Of a stretch of 51,051 bases of DNA, positions 1 to 8,910 are shown piece by piece. The notes below the pieces were generated by a model, which was not told the origin of the DNA, searched no databases, and saw only the letters and a program-made list of their open reading frames with translations. The DNA comes from a virus. Taxonomy: Duplodnaviria > Caudoviricetes. Each line of letters begins with the position of its first letter. Position 1 is the stretch's first letter. Location of the stretch: positions 1 to 51,051 of IMG/VR virus record IMGVR_UViG_3300047272_000461. One strand, written 5' to 3'. Made by a program: the position numbers and the translations under genes.

Positions 1-370
1 CCTTGGCGGCGGCCTCTGCTGCTTTTCCCATCCGCTTGATGATGCCTTCGGCAATCTCAAAGGCATTCGTGAGTTGGCGATTGTCTTCCTTCAGGCGCTC
101 GACCTCGGCCTTGAGGCGGGCGTTCTCAAGGCGAGCAACATCACCTTGCAGACTTGCCAGACGATACCGCTCGGCGTCCTCCTTGAGGCGGGCGATTTCT
201 TCGCATTGTCCTCCCATTTGGTTGATGTCGTAGATGCGCTCCATCCGGAGCTTCGAGTAGTCCTCATAACTGACATACTCGCCCTTTGGGGCGGCGTGGC
301 CGGTCTGTGGGTTAAGGAAACGAGCGGTGTAGCCGTCGCTCACATACTCGTATTTCTTCGGGTCGCTCAT
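1..370 (-). CDS. Hypothetical coiled-coil protein, 3'-partial (MSDPKKYEY...GEYVSYEDY...ENARLKAEVERL); paralog of 576-1022 and 1168-1587
   Basis: Manually translated open frame from ATG at 370 running off the window edge; absent from the ORF track; start overlaps the stop of 367-579. Confidence 0.75.
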   Translation of the reverse strand, partial: MSDPKKYEYVSDGYTARFLNPQTGHAAPKGEYVSYEDYSKLRMERIYDINQMGGQCEEIARLKEDAERYRLASLQGDVARLENARLKAEVERLKEDNRQLTNAFEIAEGIIKRMGKAAEAAAK

Positions 371-579
371 CGGCTTACCTTTCGCTTGGACTTGGACTTC
401 TTCTTCGGCTTGCAGCCAGGAGTCATAAAGGTGCGAACCATCGGCTCCACGTTCTCATAAGCCACCGCAATGATGTTCATCGAGATGCCTCCGTTAGTAG
501 GGTAAAAGGTATGTTCGGCGACGACATACTGGCGTCCTCCGACGATTATCACACCCCCGCATGCAAAGGTGTCATTCAC
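367..579 (-). CDS. Hypothetical protein (70 aa)
   Basis: ORF tiles with 4-bp overlaps to both neighbours. Confidence 0.6.
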   Translation of the reverse strand: MNDTFACGGVIIVGGRQYVVAEHTFYPTNGGISMNIIAVAYENVEPMVRTFMTPGCKPKKKSKSKRKVSR

Positions 580-1022
580 GACTGCACCTCCTTGAGCTGG
601 GCTTCGACCTCTTCGTATCGCTTGGCGATTTCCGCAATCGTGATGACCCTCGGCGGCTCATAGAAGTCGTATGCCTCGACACAGTAGACGCCGGTGATTT
701 CCCGCTCAAGCGGGATGCGGATGCTTCCCCAGTCACGCATCGACCTGCCATAACTGATGATGGAGTCCAACGCCTTGGCGAACAGGTTGATGATTTCCAC
801 GCGCGACTTCAGAAGCCGGTTCTCCTCATAGGTCTTCTTGTGCCACACACGCTCCTGCTTCATGACGGCCTCAAGTATGCCAAGGTGCGTCTTGTAGTCC
901 TCATAGCGGACGTATTCCTGCTCTTCGGCTATCTCATCGTGCTTAAGGCAGTCATCAGATGGACGCATTTCAGACTCAAGCAACCTGTCAGTCACAAGGT
1001 GGTATCGCTTTGGTTCGCTCAC
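576..1022 (-). CDS. Hypothetical protein (EYVRYEDY family)
   Basis: 148-aa ORF; MSEPKRY...EYVRYEDY motif shared with neighbours. Confidence 0.7.
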   Translation of the reverse strand: MSEPKRYHLVTDRLLESEMRPSDDCLKHDEIAEEQEYVRYEDYKTHLGILEAVMKQERVWHKKTYEENRLLKSRVEIINLFAKALDSIISYGRSMRDWGSIRIPLEREITGVYCVEAYDFYEPPRVITIAEIAKRYEEVEAQLKEVQS

Positions 1023-1171
1023 GGGTTTTGTTCGTTGTCCTTCTTGGCTTTAGATTTGGCTACGAGCAATACTGTCCTGCAAACATTTCCAGCAACATTG
1101 TCCAACATGACCAGCAAGAAAAAGAAGCCGAAAAACGTCAGCCAAGGGTTCTCGCACATAAAGTCGCTCAC
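1019..1171 (-). CDS. Small membrane protein (50 aa, MSDFMCENPWLTFFGFFFLLVML...)
   Basis: Manually translated; GTG start overlaps the upstream stop and its stop overlaps the downstream start; one hydrophobic segment. Confidence 0.6.
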   Translation of the reverse strand: MSDFMCENPWLTFFGFFFLLVMLDNVAGNVCRTVLLVAKSKAKKDNEQNP

Positions 1172-1587
1172 GGATTGTATCCTCCCCGGTTGATGTCGTC
1201 CTCGGAGGGGACGAGCTTGCGGAGTCGCGCCACTTCGGTGATGAGTTGGTCGTAGTGCGCCTTCTTGAATTGGGCGGAAAGAAGCTCCACCTCTGCCTTG
1301 AGTTTCGCAAGGTCGCTAACGTTGCCGGCCAAGGCCTTCTTCTCGGCGTGTTCGGCTTCAGCCCAGGACTTCCACTTGGTCACCTCCGACTGGAGGCGAG
1401 CGTTCTCCTTTTGTAGGCTCTCATAGTCGATGTATCGCACCCAGTCACCCTTGTCAAAGACGTGCAAGGCCGCGTCGTATCCCGTCGCAAGGAAGCGCGT
1501 GCCTGCGGGATGGAGGTCGATGGGGTGCTTGACCGGCTGACGATAGACATCGTCGCCCCACTTCCACGGTTCGCTTGGTTCGCTCAT
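1168..1587 (-). CDS. Hypothetical coiled-coil protein (GDWVRYIDY family)
   Basis: 139-aa ORF in tiled operon. Confidence 0.7.
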   Translation of the reverse strand: MSEPSEPWKWGDDVYRQPVKHPIDLHPAGTRFLATGYDAALHVFDKGDWVRYIDYESLQKENARLQSEVTKWKSWAEAEHAEKKALAGNVSDLAKLKAEVELLSAQFKKAHYDQLITEVARLRKLVPSEDDINRGGYNP

Positions 1588-2132
1588 AGGTCGTTGATGG
1601 CATCCTCCAACGCCTTCGCAAGGACTTTCGTCTTTGCCGGATAGCCGTTCAGTTCGAGCCAGTTCGCCAACACCTTGGAGGCGAGAACCAGGTTCCTGAC
1701 CTTGTCGGAGATGCGGGTGGACTGCTTAAGGGCTTCAAACACTTCGTTCTCCGTGACGTCGGGTTCGGTCTTGTCCTCGAAGATGGGTTCGGGCTTCGGC
1801 TCCTGGACTGGTTCTTCCGCGCCGAACAGTTCCGCAGGGATGCGGAGGACATAGCGGCAGTAAGAGTAGCCCTCGGTGTTGATGTAGTAGTATGCTCCCT
1901 TGTGCTTCAGCACGAACCGCTGGGGCATACGGACATTCCCGCCATCGGGCGTCGGCTTGACCAAGTCCGCCATTGGCAGGTGGTCGTCCGCGCACGGATA
2001 GAGGTGCAGTCCCTTGAGGTAGACTCGCTGCGCCCCCGTGACCTTATTGACGAGGACGCAGTCCGACCAGTCTGACGGCTTGCGGGTCGTCAGAAGGTCG
2101 AGGGACTTCTCCGGTGTGATGCGTTCAGCCAT
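1584..2132 (-). CDS. Hypothetical protein
   Basis: 182-aa ORF; YYINTEGYSYCRY motif; tiled. Confidence 0.7.
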   Translation of the reverse strand: MAERITPEKSLDLLTTRKPSDWSDCVLVNKVTGAQRVYLKGLHLYPCADDHLPMADLVKPTPDGGNVRMPQRFVLKHKGAYYYINTEGYSYCRYVLRIPAELFGAEEPVQEPKPEPIFEDKTEPDVTENEVFEALKQSTRISDKVRNLVLASKVLANWLELNGYPAKTKVLAKALEDAINDL

Positions 2133-2602
2133 TAGCCGACGGTCTTGTAGTGGGGATACATCGCCTTCGCCGCGTCTTCGAGCGGGAGGGTGTTGTAGAT
2201 GACCACGACGGTGGGGTCGGCCTTGAGGGCGGCGACCTTGGCTTCGTAAGCGGGTTTGTTGCCCACGATGCCCTTGATGATGCGCATCTCGCCCGCCTTG
2301 GTGTCGGTGCGGCGGAACAGGAGGTTCTTGGACAGGTCACGCTTCACGGAGGCGAGGATGGCCTTGTCCTGCTTTTCGCAGACGAGCTTGTGGCACTCGG
2401 CATCGACCTTGCCTTCGAGGTCGTTCTCCTTGGTGTCGAGGTGGCGGAACGCTTCGTCGAGGCGGACGAAGGTGCAACCTCCGTGACCCTCGTTAGAGGC
2501 GATGCCGGCCTTCTTGCCGTCGATGTAGACGGTGGCCTCGAAGCAGTAAGTCTCCTGCGAGGCGAAGGCGGCGTGTTTGAAGTTCTTGAGCGTGATTTTC
2601 AT
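2132..2602 (-). CDS. Hypothetical phage protein (SQETYCFEATVYIDGK...NEGHGG)
   Basis: 156-aa ORF with phage-like codon usage; promoter at 2626-2654. Confidence 0.75.
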   Translation of the reverse strand: MKITLKNFKHAAFASQETYCFEATVYIDGKKAGIASNEGHGGCTFVRLDEAFRHLDTKENDLEGKVDAECHKLVCEKQDKAILASVKRDLSKNLLFRRTDTKAGEMRIIKGIVGNKPAYEAKVAALKADPTVVVIYNTLPLEDAAKAMYPHYKTVG

Positions 2603-2625
2603 GGTGGTTGTGGTGAGAGGATTGG

Positions 2626-2654
2626 AGTGGAACAGACAACCGCTTGCGTGTCAA
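2626..2654 (-). promoter_or_regulatory. Early sigma70-like promoter TTGACA-N17-TCCACT with CAAGCGGTTG palindrome in the spacer
   Basis: Exact 17-bp spacing; same architecture recurs at about ten other sites. Confidence 0.65.
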
Positions 2655-3868
2655 GCACCTTCCGACAAATCTTTTTCGTCCTTGCCGGCCATACGCACGA
2701 TGAGGGGCTGGAAGATGCCCTTGGTTCGCACCAGGTCCTCTTGGGCACGCATCACCGAATGGATGTCCTTGTAGGCCTGTGGCGACTCGTCCAAGCCCCC
2801 GCCAATCAAGTCCACCCCCGCACCCTTCAGGACGGCTTCACGGGCTTCCTGGGTGATGTTCTTGAACGCCTGCGAGCGAGACATCGCGCGACCCGAACCG
2901 TGCGAGGCAGACTGGAGGGAGTCTTCCGACCCAGTCCCTTCGACGATGAAGGCAGGCGTAGCCATAGAGGAGGGGATGATGCCCTCCACGCCCTTCCCTG
3001 CCGGCGTAGCGCCCTTACGATGGACATACAGCATCTTGCCGTCCACTTCCTCAAGCCAAGCGAAGTTGTGGTGGTTGCTGATGGAGCGAACCACTTCCCC
3101 TGTTAGGCCGGCCGCCTCAACGACGTTCTTATGGATGGCTCGATGGTTCGCGGCGGAGTAATCTCCGCACAGGTTCATCAGCGTCCAGTAATCCTGTCCT
3201 TCTTCCGTGTCCATAGACAGCCAGGACAGTTCGTTGAGCGGAGCGGGCAGAGGGTTAATCTTTGCCGCGAGCTTCGTGAAGTGGTTCGCCACCGTGTATC
3301 CGAATGAGCGAGAACCAGAGTGCGACAGGAGCGCCAGATGATGAAGCCCCGAAGACTCGCTGGACAGGTGCGAGTAGTATTCGCCCCACTCGACGAAGTG
3401 ATTGCCTCCGCCGGATGTGCCGAGCTGCCAATGTGCGCGGTCCTTCAGCGAACTGCCGTTTGGTAGGACGATGCCATACTTGTCCAACACCTTCCATCGA
3501 GGGTCGTCCATCAGCGGTTCTTCCGCACGCACCTTCGGGCAAGCGTAGCCACCGAAGTATGTGTTGTCCTTGAGGACGGTGCGATACTTCTGGTGCAGCT
3601 CATCGTCGAAGCCGTTCTTCAGCACGGTCAGGTGCATCCGGCAGCCGATGTCCACGCCGACGGCGTAAGGGATGACGGCGTTCTCCACCGCGCACACGCC
3701 ACCGATGGGCATGCCGTAGCCCTGGTGGGCGTCGGGCATCAATGCCCCTTTGACGACGCAGGGGATGGACATGACGTTGTCCATCTGCGTGAGCGCTCCC
3801 TGTTCGATGTTCTCTTTGCCGTAGATGCGGTATTCTTTCATAGGCAGTCCAAACTGCCCGTCGTTCAC
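2651..3868 (-). CDS. rtcB: RtcB family 3'-phosphate/5'-OH RNA ligase
   Basis: Motifs MPDAHQGYGMPIGG, GVDIGC, LGTSGGGNHF, HSGSR, HHNFA, HRKGAT, SHGSGR, DESPQAYK. Confidence 0.96.
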   Translation of the reverse strand: MNDGQFGLPMKEYRIYGKENIEQGALTQMDNVMSIPCVVKGALMPDAHQGYGMPIGGVCAVENAVIPYAVGVDIGCRMHLTVLKNGFDDELHQKYRTVLKDNTYFGGYACPKVRAEEPLMDDPRWKVLDKYGIVLPNGSSLKDRAHWQLGTSGGGNHFVEWGEYYSHLSSESSGLHHLALLSHSGSRSFGYTVANHFTKLAAKINPLPAPLNELSWLSMDTEEGQDYWTLMNLCGDYSAANHRAIHKNVVEAAGLTGEVVRSISNHHNFAWLEEVDGKMLYVHRKGATPAGKGVEGIIPSSMATPAFIVEGTGSEDSLQSASHGSGRAMSRSQAFKNITQEAREAVLKGAGVDLIGGGLDESPQAYKDIHSVMRAQEDLVRTKGIFQPLIVRMAGKDEKDLSEGA

Positions 3869-4185
3869 TTCCTGTCGACGTTATTCTCGCGGCGACGCAG
3901 TTCAATCTGCCACGCCGAAGTAATGAAGGACTTGGTCAGCTCCGTGCAGCCCTTGAAGAACACCCGCTTGCCCGGTGCGAAGTCCACGCACAGCGGACCG
4001 AAGAAGGCGTTGGCGAAGGAGTCGGTCATGTTCTCGATGCCCTGGCACTCGATGACCACCTCGCTTGCGCCGTCAGCCAGTAGCGGCATAACGACCTCCC
4101 TGCGGAGTCGTAGGCCAGTATCCCCATCGGCGACGAAGGGGGTGCGACCGGTCAGGTCGAACAGATTGATGGTGTGCTTGCTCAT
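3865..4185 (-). CDS. STAS-like (DUF4325-type) protein
   Basis: G..L...L....V.I.CQGIENMTDSFANAFFG pattern; ATG at 4185 follows promoter TTGCCA-N17-CATCGT. Confidence 0.7.
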   Translation of the reverse strand: MSKHTINLFDLTGRTPFVADGDTGLRLRREVVMPLLADGASEVVIECQGIENMTDSFANAFFGPLCVDFAPGKRVFFKGCTELTKSFITSAWQIELRRRENNVDRK

Positions 4186-4236
4186 ACCAAGGACGATGCT
4201 CAACCGATTGTGTTTTGGCAAGCAGATAATTAGTAT

Positions 4237-4265
4237 TTGACAATACCCATCCACTTGAGCAGACT
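4237..4265 (+). promoter_or_regulatory. Early promoter TTGACA-N17-CAGACT, divergent from the STAS/rtcB promoter
   Basis: Exact spacing; 18 nt upstream of ATG 4284. Confidence 0.6.
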
Positions 4266-4283
4266 GCCCTCCTCTCACCCGCT

Positions 4284-4523
4284 ATGTCCAACATCACCGC
4301 CATCATCATGCCCCAAGGCAAGGGCAGCTACACCCTTGAGTTCTACTCCGACCTCGGAGACTGGCTCTTCTGCCTCAACCAGGACGTCACCCAGTCCTTC
4401 GAGGAAAACTTCGACGCCCTCCTCGCCGATGGCGATACCTTCGATGGTCACAACCCGGAGGTCATCCGCGCCAAGTGCCGCGTCGCCACCCGCCAGCTCT
4501 TTCCCCACCTCTACACGAAATAA
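4284..4523 (+). CDS. Hypothetical protein
   Basis: 79-aa ORF after promoter. Confidence 0.7.
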   Translation: MSNITAIIMPQGKGSYTLEFYSDLGDWLFCLNQDVTQSFEENFDALLADGDTFDGHNPEVIRAKCRVATRQLFPHLYTK

Positions 4524-4526
4524 TAG

Positions 4527-4555
4527 TTGACAACCGATTGGGTATCTCTCAACCT
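4527..4555 (+). promoter_or_regulatory. Early promoter TTGACA-N17-CAACCT with overlapping CAACCGATTG palindrome
   Basis: Direct read. Confidence 0.65.
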
Positions 4556-4570
4556 CTCTTCCACACCACT

Positions 4571-4852
4571 ATGAGTCACCTCTCACAAGAAGACCTGGAC
4601 GCCATCAAGGACGGCTACCTCGAACACAAGGGCTACTTCAACGACGCCCTCGATGTCGCCGACAAGCTCGTCCCCGACATGCTCATCGCTCCTCGCACGC
4701 CCAAGGGTCTGCCCCAGAAGCTCGACTGCACGATGCACTCCGACGAATACTACGCCCTTGCCAAAGCCATCCTCGAAGTCGCCGACAGCCGCAAGTGGCT
4801 TGAGCGCGAGGAAGCTGAGATGAAGAAGGCCGGCCTCGGCGACCAACTCTAA
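4571..4852 (+). CDS. Hypothetical protein (MSHLSQEDL...)
   Basis: ATG at 4571 after promoter. Confidence 0.7.
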   Translation: MSHLSQEDLDAIKDGYLEHKGYFNDALDVADKLVPDMLIAPRTPKGLPQKLDCTMHSDEYYALAKAILEVADSRKWLEREEAEMKKAGLGDQL

Positions 4853-4878
4853 CCCTCTCTCACCACCACAACACTACT

Positions 4879-5304
4879 ATGGGACTCGACCAATACGCCA
4901 ACGTCATCACCAAGAAGGGGCAGAAGCTCCGCAAGAAGATGCTCACCCTCAAGACCGACGAGGAGCGTCGTGAGTTCGCCGAAGCGAACCGCCTCTCCAA
5001 CGAGGTCACCGAAATCCAGTATTGGCGTAAGCACGCCAACCTCAACGAGTGGATGACCCAGCTCGCCGTCCGCAAGGGCGTCGTCAAGGAGGCGTTCCAG
5101 TTCAACTGCACGGACCTGGTTCTCACGCCGGAGGACATCGACGCTCTCGACGAGTCCATCCGCACGGAGTCGCTCCCTCACGGAGCCGGCTTCTTCTGGG
5201 GTGCTTCCCACCCCGAAGACCGCATCTCGGACGAAAACTTCATCGCTCGCGCGCGGGAGGCGTTCGCCAAAGGCGAGCAGGTCATCTACTCCTGCTGGTG
5301 GTAA
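4879..5304 (+). CDS. Conserved hypothetical phage protein (MGLDQY...YWRKHANL...FNC...GFFWG...YSCWW)
   Basis: Motif pattern common in phage genomes. Confidence 0.75.
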   Translation: MGLDQYANVITKKGQKLRKKMLTLKTDEERREFAEANRLSNEVTEIQYWRKHANLNEWMTQLAVRKGVVKEAFQFNCTDLVLTPEDIDALDESIRTESLPHGAGFFWGASHPEDRISDENFIARAREAFAKGEQVIYSCWW

Positions 5305-5892
5305 TCACCGCAGGAAGGTGTCGTGGAAGTCCTTGGCGCAACGCTTGAGGGCTTCCTTGTCGCCAGGTGCCGCTACATAGCAGGCATCCGGAGTCGCCTT
5401 TGACTTTAGTAGGGCGATGCTCCCCTCCTCCTCGGCGTTAGCCGGCGGGTTGCCCTCCTTCACGATGTGAACCCACAGGAAGTTCCAGCCACGCTTCTCC
5501 GCCAGTGCCTTGAGGCACAGGTATTCGTTGTGGTAGCGAAGGTCAGTCACGATGGCCACCTGCATGTAAGCCAGCATCTCTTCCTCTATTAGGTCGGCAC
5601 ACACGTTCACGAACACGTCCTCGTCGTATGCGCGGGCATACTTGCCCAGCTCCACCATCAGGGGACGCAGCAACTTCTTCTCCTCCGGGAGTTCGGTCCA
5701 CGCCGAGCGTTCGATGCGGAGCGTGGCGAACGCCGCACCCACCGCCTCTCTTAGGCTCTCTGCCATCTTGTAGCGGCAAGAGTTCACGTCGTCCTGCAAC
5801 AGGGCTGTCAGGTCGTCGGCAAATGTGTCCTTACCCGCCTGGGCGTAGCCGGACATACCGACGATTGTCTTCTTCATCTTGCGCAGGGTCAT
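5305..5892 (-). CDS. Deoxynucleoside monophosphate kinase (T4 gp1-like)
   Basis: N-terminal P-loop GMSGYAQAGKDT and IVTDLRYHNE motif. Confidence 0.8.
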   Translation of the reverse strand: MTLRKMKKTIVGMSGYAQAGKDTFADDLTALLQDDVNSCRYKMAESLREAVGAAFATLRIERSAWTELPEEKKLLRPLMVELGKYARAYDEDVFVNVCADLIEEEMLAYMQVAIVTDLRYHNEYLCLKALAEKRGWNFLWVHIVKEGNPPANAEEEGSIALLKSKATPDACYVAAPGDKEALKRCAKDFHDTFLR

Positions 5893-6563
5893 CGCATGAT
5901 TTCCTCGTCTTCGTCCTCTTCGTCTTCCGGGTCACGCTTCGTGGTGGTGAAGCCAAACTTCTCGCCCATCAGCGTCTGCTTCTTCTTGTTCTTCACGACT
6001 TCCTTGCCGCCGTCTGCGAAGTCCCACAGGGTCGGCAGGCGGGTGCGTCCGGACTCGGCTGGGAACCAGGCCTCGCTGTATGCCCAGTTCTCGATGTCCT
6101 TGTGCTCGAAGACGTCGGACTTCATCAGGAGCTGCACCTCCTCGAAGGTGGCGCCTATGGCAACGGCGAGCTCGTCCATCGGATACTTGTGCTTCTCGAC
6201 CAGTTCCCGGACATACTCGCTCATGCGGAACGCCAGGTGCGTTCCCTTCGCGCGGTTGATGCGGACGGTGATGACCATCGCCTCTGCGTCGCTGACATCC
6301 AGGACGGCGCACGGAACCTTGCCGTGATACTTGTCACGCAGCTGCGAGGATAGGCGCGACAGCGTCCAACGGTGGAAGCCGTCGATGATGGTCCGGTTCG
6401 TGTTGATGAGGATGGGCTGTATCCAGCCGGTCTTCAGGATGGATTTCTCGATGAGGTTCATCTCGGCGTTCATCACTCGGTTAGGATTGTAATGGTTCGC
6501 CTTCAGCTCGTCGCACGAAATCCATTGGATGTTCTCCACTGGTTCGAGGGGTTTTTGGGTCAT
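5889..6563 (-). CDS. ParB/Srx-like nuclease domain protein, IbrB-like
   Basis: LKANHYNPN, GWIQPI, IIDGFHR, TVRINRAKGTH motifs. Confidence 0.85.
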   Translation of the reverse strand: MTQKPLEPVENIQWISCDELKANHYNPNRVMNAEMNLIEKSILKTGWIQPILINTNRTIIDGFHRWTLSRLSSQLRDKYHGKVPCAVLDVSDAEAMVITVRINRAKGTHLAFRMSEYVRELVEKHKYPMDELAVAIGATFEEVQLLMKSDVFEHKDIENWAYSEAWFPAESGRTRLPTLWDFADGGKEVVKNKKKQTLMGEKFGFTTTKRDPEDEEDEDEEIMR

Positions 6564-6620
6564 GGCATCTTACTTTTCGCCGCCTCTTAAAGAGGAGGCA
6601 AGCGAATACTGCTCACAAGT

Positions 6621-7136
6621 TCACTCCCCAAGGAGCGTCTTGAGGGCGCGCTCGTAGCGCTTCACCTGACCCGGATTGTCGTTGTCCTTCAGGTTGGAGC
6701 GGAGGTCGGAAATCTTCACCTCCCGTGCTATCCTGTTAGGCTTCACAATCTGCTCGATGTATTCCTGGTAAGTCATCTGCCGCTCTTCGGCTGGCGGGCG
6801 CGTCAGGGCGTTCACCGCCTCGATGACGTTCTCTGGGATGCCCTCTTCCCTCATCTCCTTCGCTGTGATGCCCCCGTCCTCCATCGTGTCGTGTAGGTAT
6901 GCAGCCAGTTTGGCTTCAGGGGACTTCACGCCGGCTACCACCTCACGCACATGGGTCATGTATGGCGAACCATCCCTTCGCTTCTGCGTGGCGTGCGCAA
7001 ACTCGGCGATGCTTTCGGCGGACTTCAGGATGGCCGCTTGGTCCCTCCCAGACTGGCGTAGGGACTCGTTCTCAAGCGAGAAGGGGTATCCCCTGCCCGA
7101 CTGCTCCGAAAGCGACCTGGACGCCCCACGGGCCAT
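6621..7136 (-). CDS. HD-domain hydrolase (SpoT-HD/Mesh1-like, putative (p)ppGpp hydrolase) with MARG leader
   Basis: AHATQKRRDGSPYMTH, AAYLHDTMED, VKISDLRSN motifs. Confidence 0.85.
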   Translation of the reverse strand: MARGASRSLSEQSGRGYPFSLENESLRQSGRDQAAILKSAESIAEFAHATQKRRDGSPYMTHVREVVAGVKSPEAKLAAYLHDTMEDGGITAKEMREEGIPENVIEAVNALTRPPAEERQMTYQEYIEQIVKPNRIAREVKISDLRSNLKDNDNPGQVKRYERALKTLLGE

Positions 7137-7798
7137 CAGTCGTTAATGTTCGGCTCGCCTCGCTTGTAGTATTCGTCCGGGATGACGTAGACCTTTGCGC
7201 CCAAGTCAATGTTGGCCGCCAGTCGGTCACCAAGGTCCTTCAGGGGTCTTGGCTCACCAAGCTCGGTGATTTTGACCTTGTTGCCTGCATTGTCCTTGAA
7301 GGTGAACTCGTCACGCGCACGAAGCTGGTCGCCGATGAATAGGAACGTCTGCTTGTCCGGACCCTTGCCAGCCGTAGCCATCGACACGTTCGTGTCGGCG
7401 TAGAAACGCATAAAGGACTCTGCGTCCTGTCTGCGGTATTCCACCGGCAGCTCGCCGAGAATACCAGTCCTGGCGCGGACTTCTGCCAGCTTCTGCTCCG
7501 ACTCAAGAACCATCTTGCCGACCTCCTTGGCGAAGTTGGCCCTGTCGCCGCTGTCCACCAACGCCTTTAGGCGGTCTGCCATACCCTTGTTGAAGGCGCT
7601 AATCTCTTCCTTCACGCCCAAAGCGACGGCGTAAGGAGACTTGGCTGCCTGACGACCAACCGACTCAAGCTTGGTCCCAATCTTGGAGTAGTTTGAGGAA
7701 GCCCTTTGGCTTGCCCGGTATTGGGCAATCTCGTCCGAGCCGCCTCCAAGTTGACGAAGGGTTCTTTCAGACTGCGCTCTCGATGTTCCTCTGGCCAT
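7136..7798 (-). CDS. Hypothetical protein with MARG N-terminus
   Basis: 220-aa ORF; N-terminus resembles that of the HD protein; preceded by late motif at 7807-7820. Confidence 0.75.
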   Translation of the reverse strand: MARGTSRAQSERTLRQLGGGSDEIAQYRASQRASSNYSKIGTKLESVGRQAAKSPYAVALGVKEEISAFNKGMADRLKALVDSGDRANFAKEVGKMVLESEQKLAEVRARTGILGELPVEYRRQDAESFMRFYADTNVSMATAGKGPDKQTFLFIGDQLRARDEFTFKDNAGNKVKITELGEPRPLKDLGDRLAANIDLGAKVYVIPDEYYKRGEPNIND

Positions 7799-7824
7799 GA
7801 TGCCTCTGGGGTGGTGTCCACCTA

Positions 7825-8910
7825 TCAGACCAACTTGGCCCAGGCCTTCTGGCCCTTGCGGAACGGAAGCAGGAGCTTCCAGACCTGTCCCCGGATGAAA
7901 TACTTGAGGACGTAGTCCAGCGGGTAGTTGTTCATGGCCTTGTTCCTATCGCTTTGCTGGAGCTTGTAGATTTGGTAGAGGCGGTTGAGCGCGAGGGTTC
8001 GCGGCTTCCCCTCGTCGTAATGCTCCTTGATGTATTCCTCGATGCCCTCGATGGACTGGGCATACTTGGCGATGAGCGCTTGGTCGTCTCGCTCGCCCGC
8101 ATACCGGTCGTGGATGACTTGCTCCGGGAAAATCTTCAGCAGCTGGTCGTAGAACATAGGGTCGATTTGCCGCAACTTCTTCAGGTGGCGCATCTTCTCC
8201 GGGTGCAGGAAGGGACTGGTTCGCAGCTCCATCTTGGCAAACAACTGCCAATCGTAGATTTGGCAGTAAGGCAGCTTGTTGTCGTAGAGATACTTCAGGA
8301 CATCGTTCTCCTCCCAGTCGTAGAGCGGCTTGCAGAGCGTTGCCGCCTTCCAGCCAAGGGGCTTGTTGATGTAGTTCTCGACGAGTTTGTTGACCGAACC
8401 GCGCCACCTAAAGCGGGACTCGGATGCGCGGATGCCGTTCAGCTGCGCGACCTTGCCCACGAAGAATTGGCACTGATACTCCTCGACGTCCTCAATCCAC
8501 CAGTCTCTGTCCCAATTCGCAGCGTCCGGGCGTATGGCATAGGACGGCATCGGCACCATCGTCTCACGCTTCTTGTCCCATTGGACGAACTCGACGCATC
8601 GGTCAAAGACCATGCGGAGGCCTGGCTCCGGGATGCAGATGTGGTGCATCCGCACCCAAGGGAACGCCGCGTAGTGGCGCACGAAGTCGATGGTGGGCTT
8701 GAGTGTGAACTCGTCGTGGCGGAACACGCAGTTGACGAACTCCAGCCCTCGCTCCTGGGCGACTTCCCACGCCAGGTGAAGCAGGACTTGCGAGTCCTTG
8801 CCCCCAGAGAATAGGACCACCGGCGTATCGTGGGTGTCGTAGATGTGGTGGAGGCGTTGGCGAGCTGCGTCCAGCACGCTGATGCCCATCTGTTCTTTGT
8901 AGCGACTCAT
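7825..8910 (-). CDS. PAPS-reductase family protein, IbrA/DUF3440-like
   Basis: SVLDAARQRL, PP-loop FSGGKDS, GIRASES..R, KPLYDW...DV motifs. Confidence 0.88.
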   Translation of the reverse strand: MSRYKEQMGISVLDAARQRLHHIYDTHDTPVVLFSGGKDSQVLLHLAWEVAQERGLEFVNCVFRHDEFTLKPTIDFVRHYAAFPWVRMHHICIPEPGLRMVFDRCVEFVQWDKKRETMVPMPSYAIRPDAANWDRDWWIEDVEEYQCQFFVGKVAQLNGIRASESRFRWRGSVNKLVENYINKPLGWKAATLCKPLYDWEENDVLKYLYDNKLPYCQIYDWQLFAKMELRTSPFLHPEKMRHLKKLRQIDPMFYDQLLKIFPEQVIHDRYAGERDDQALIAKYAQSIEGIEEYIKEHYDEGKPRTLALNRLYQIYKLQQSDRNKAMNNYPLDYVLKYFIRGQVWKLLLPFRKGQKAWAKLV

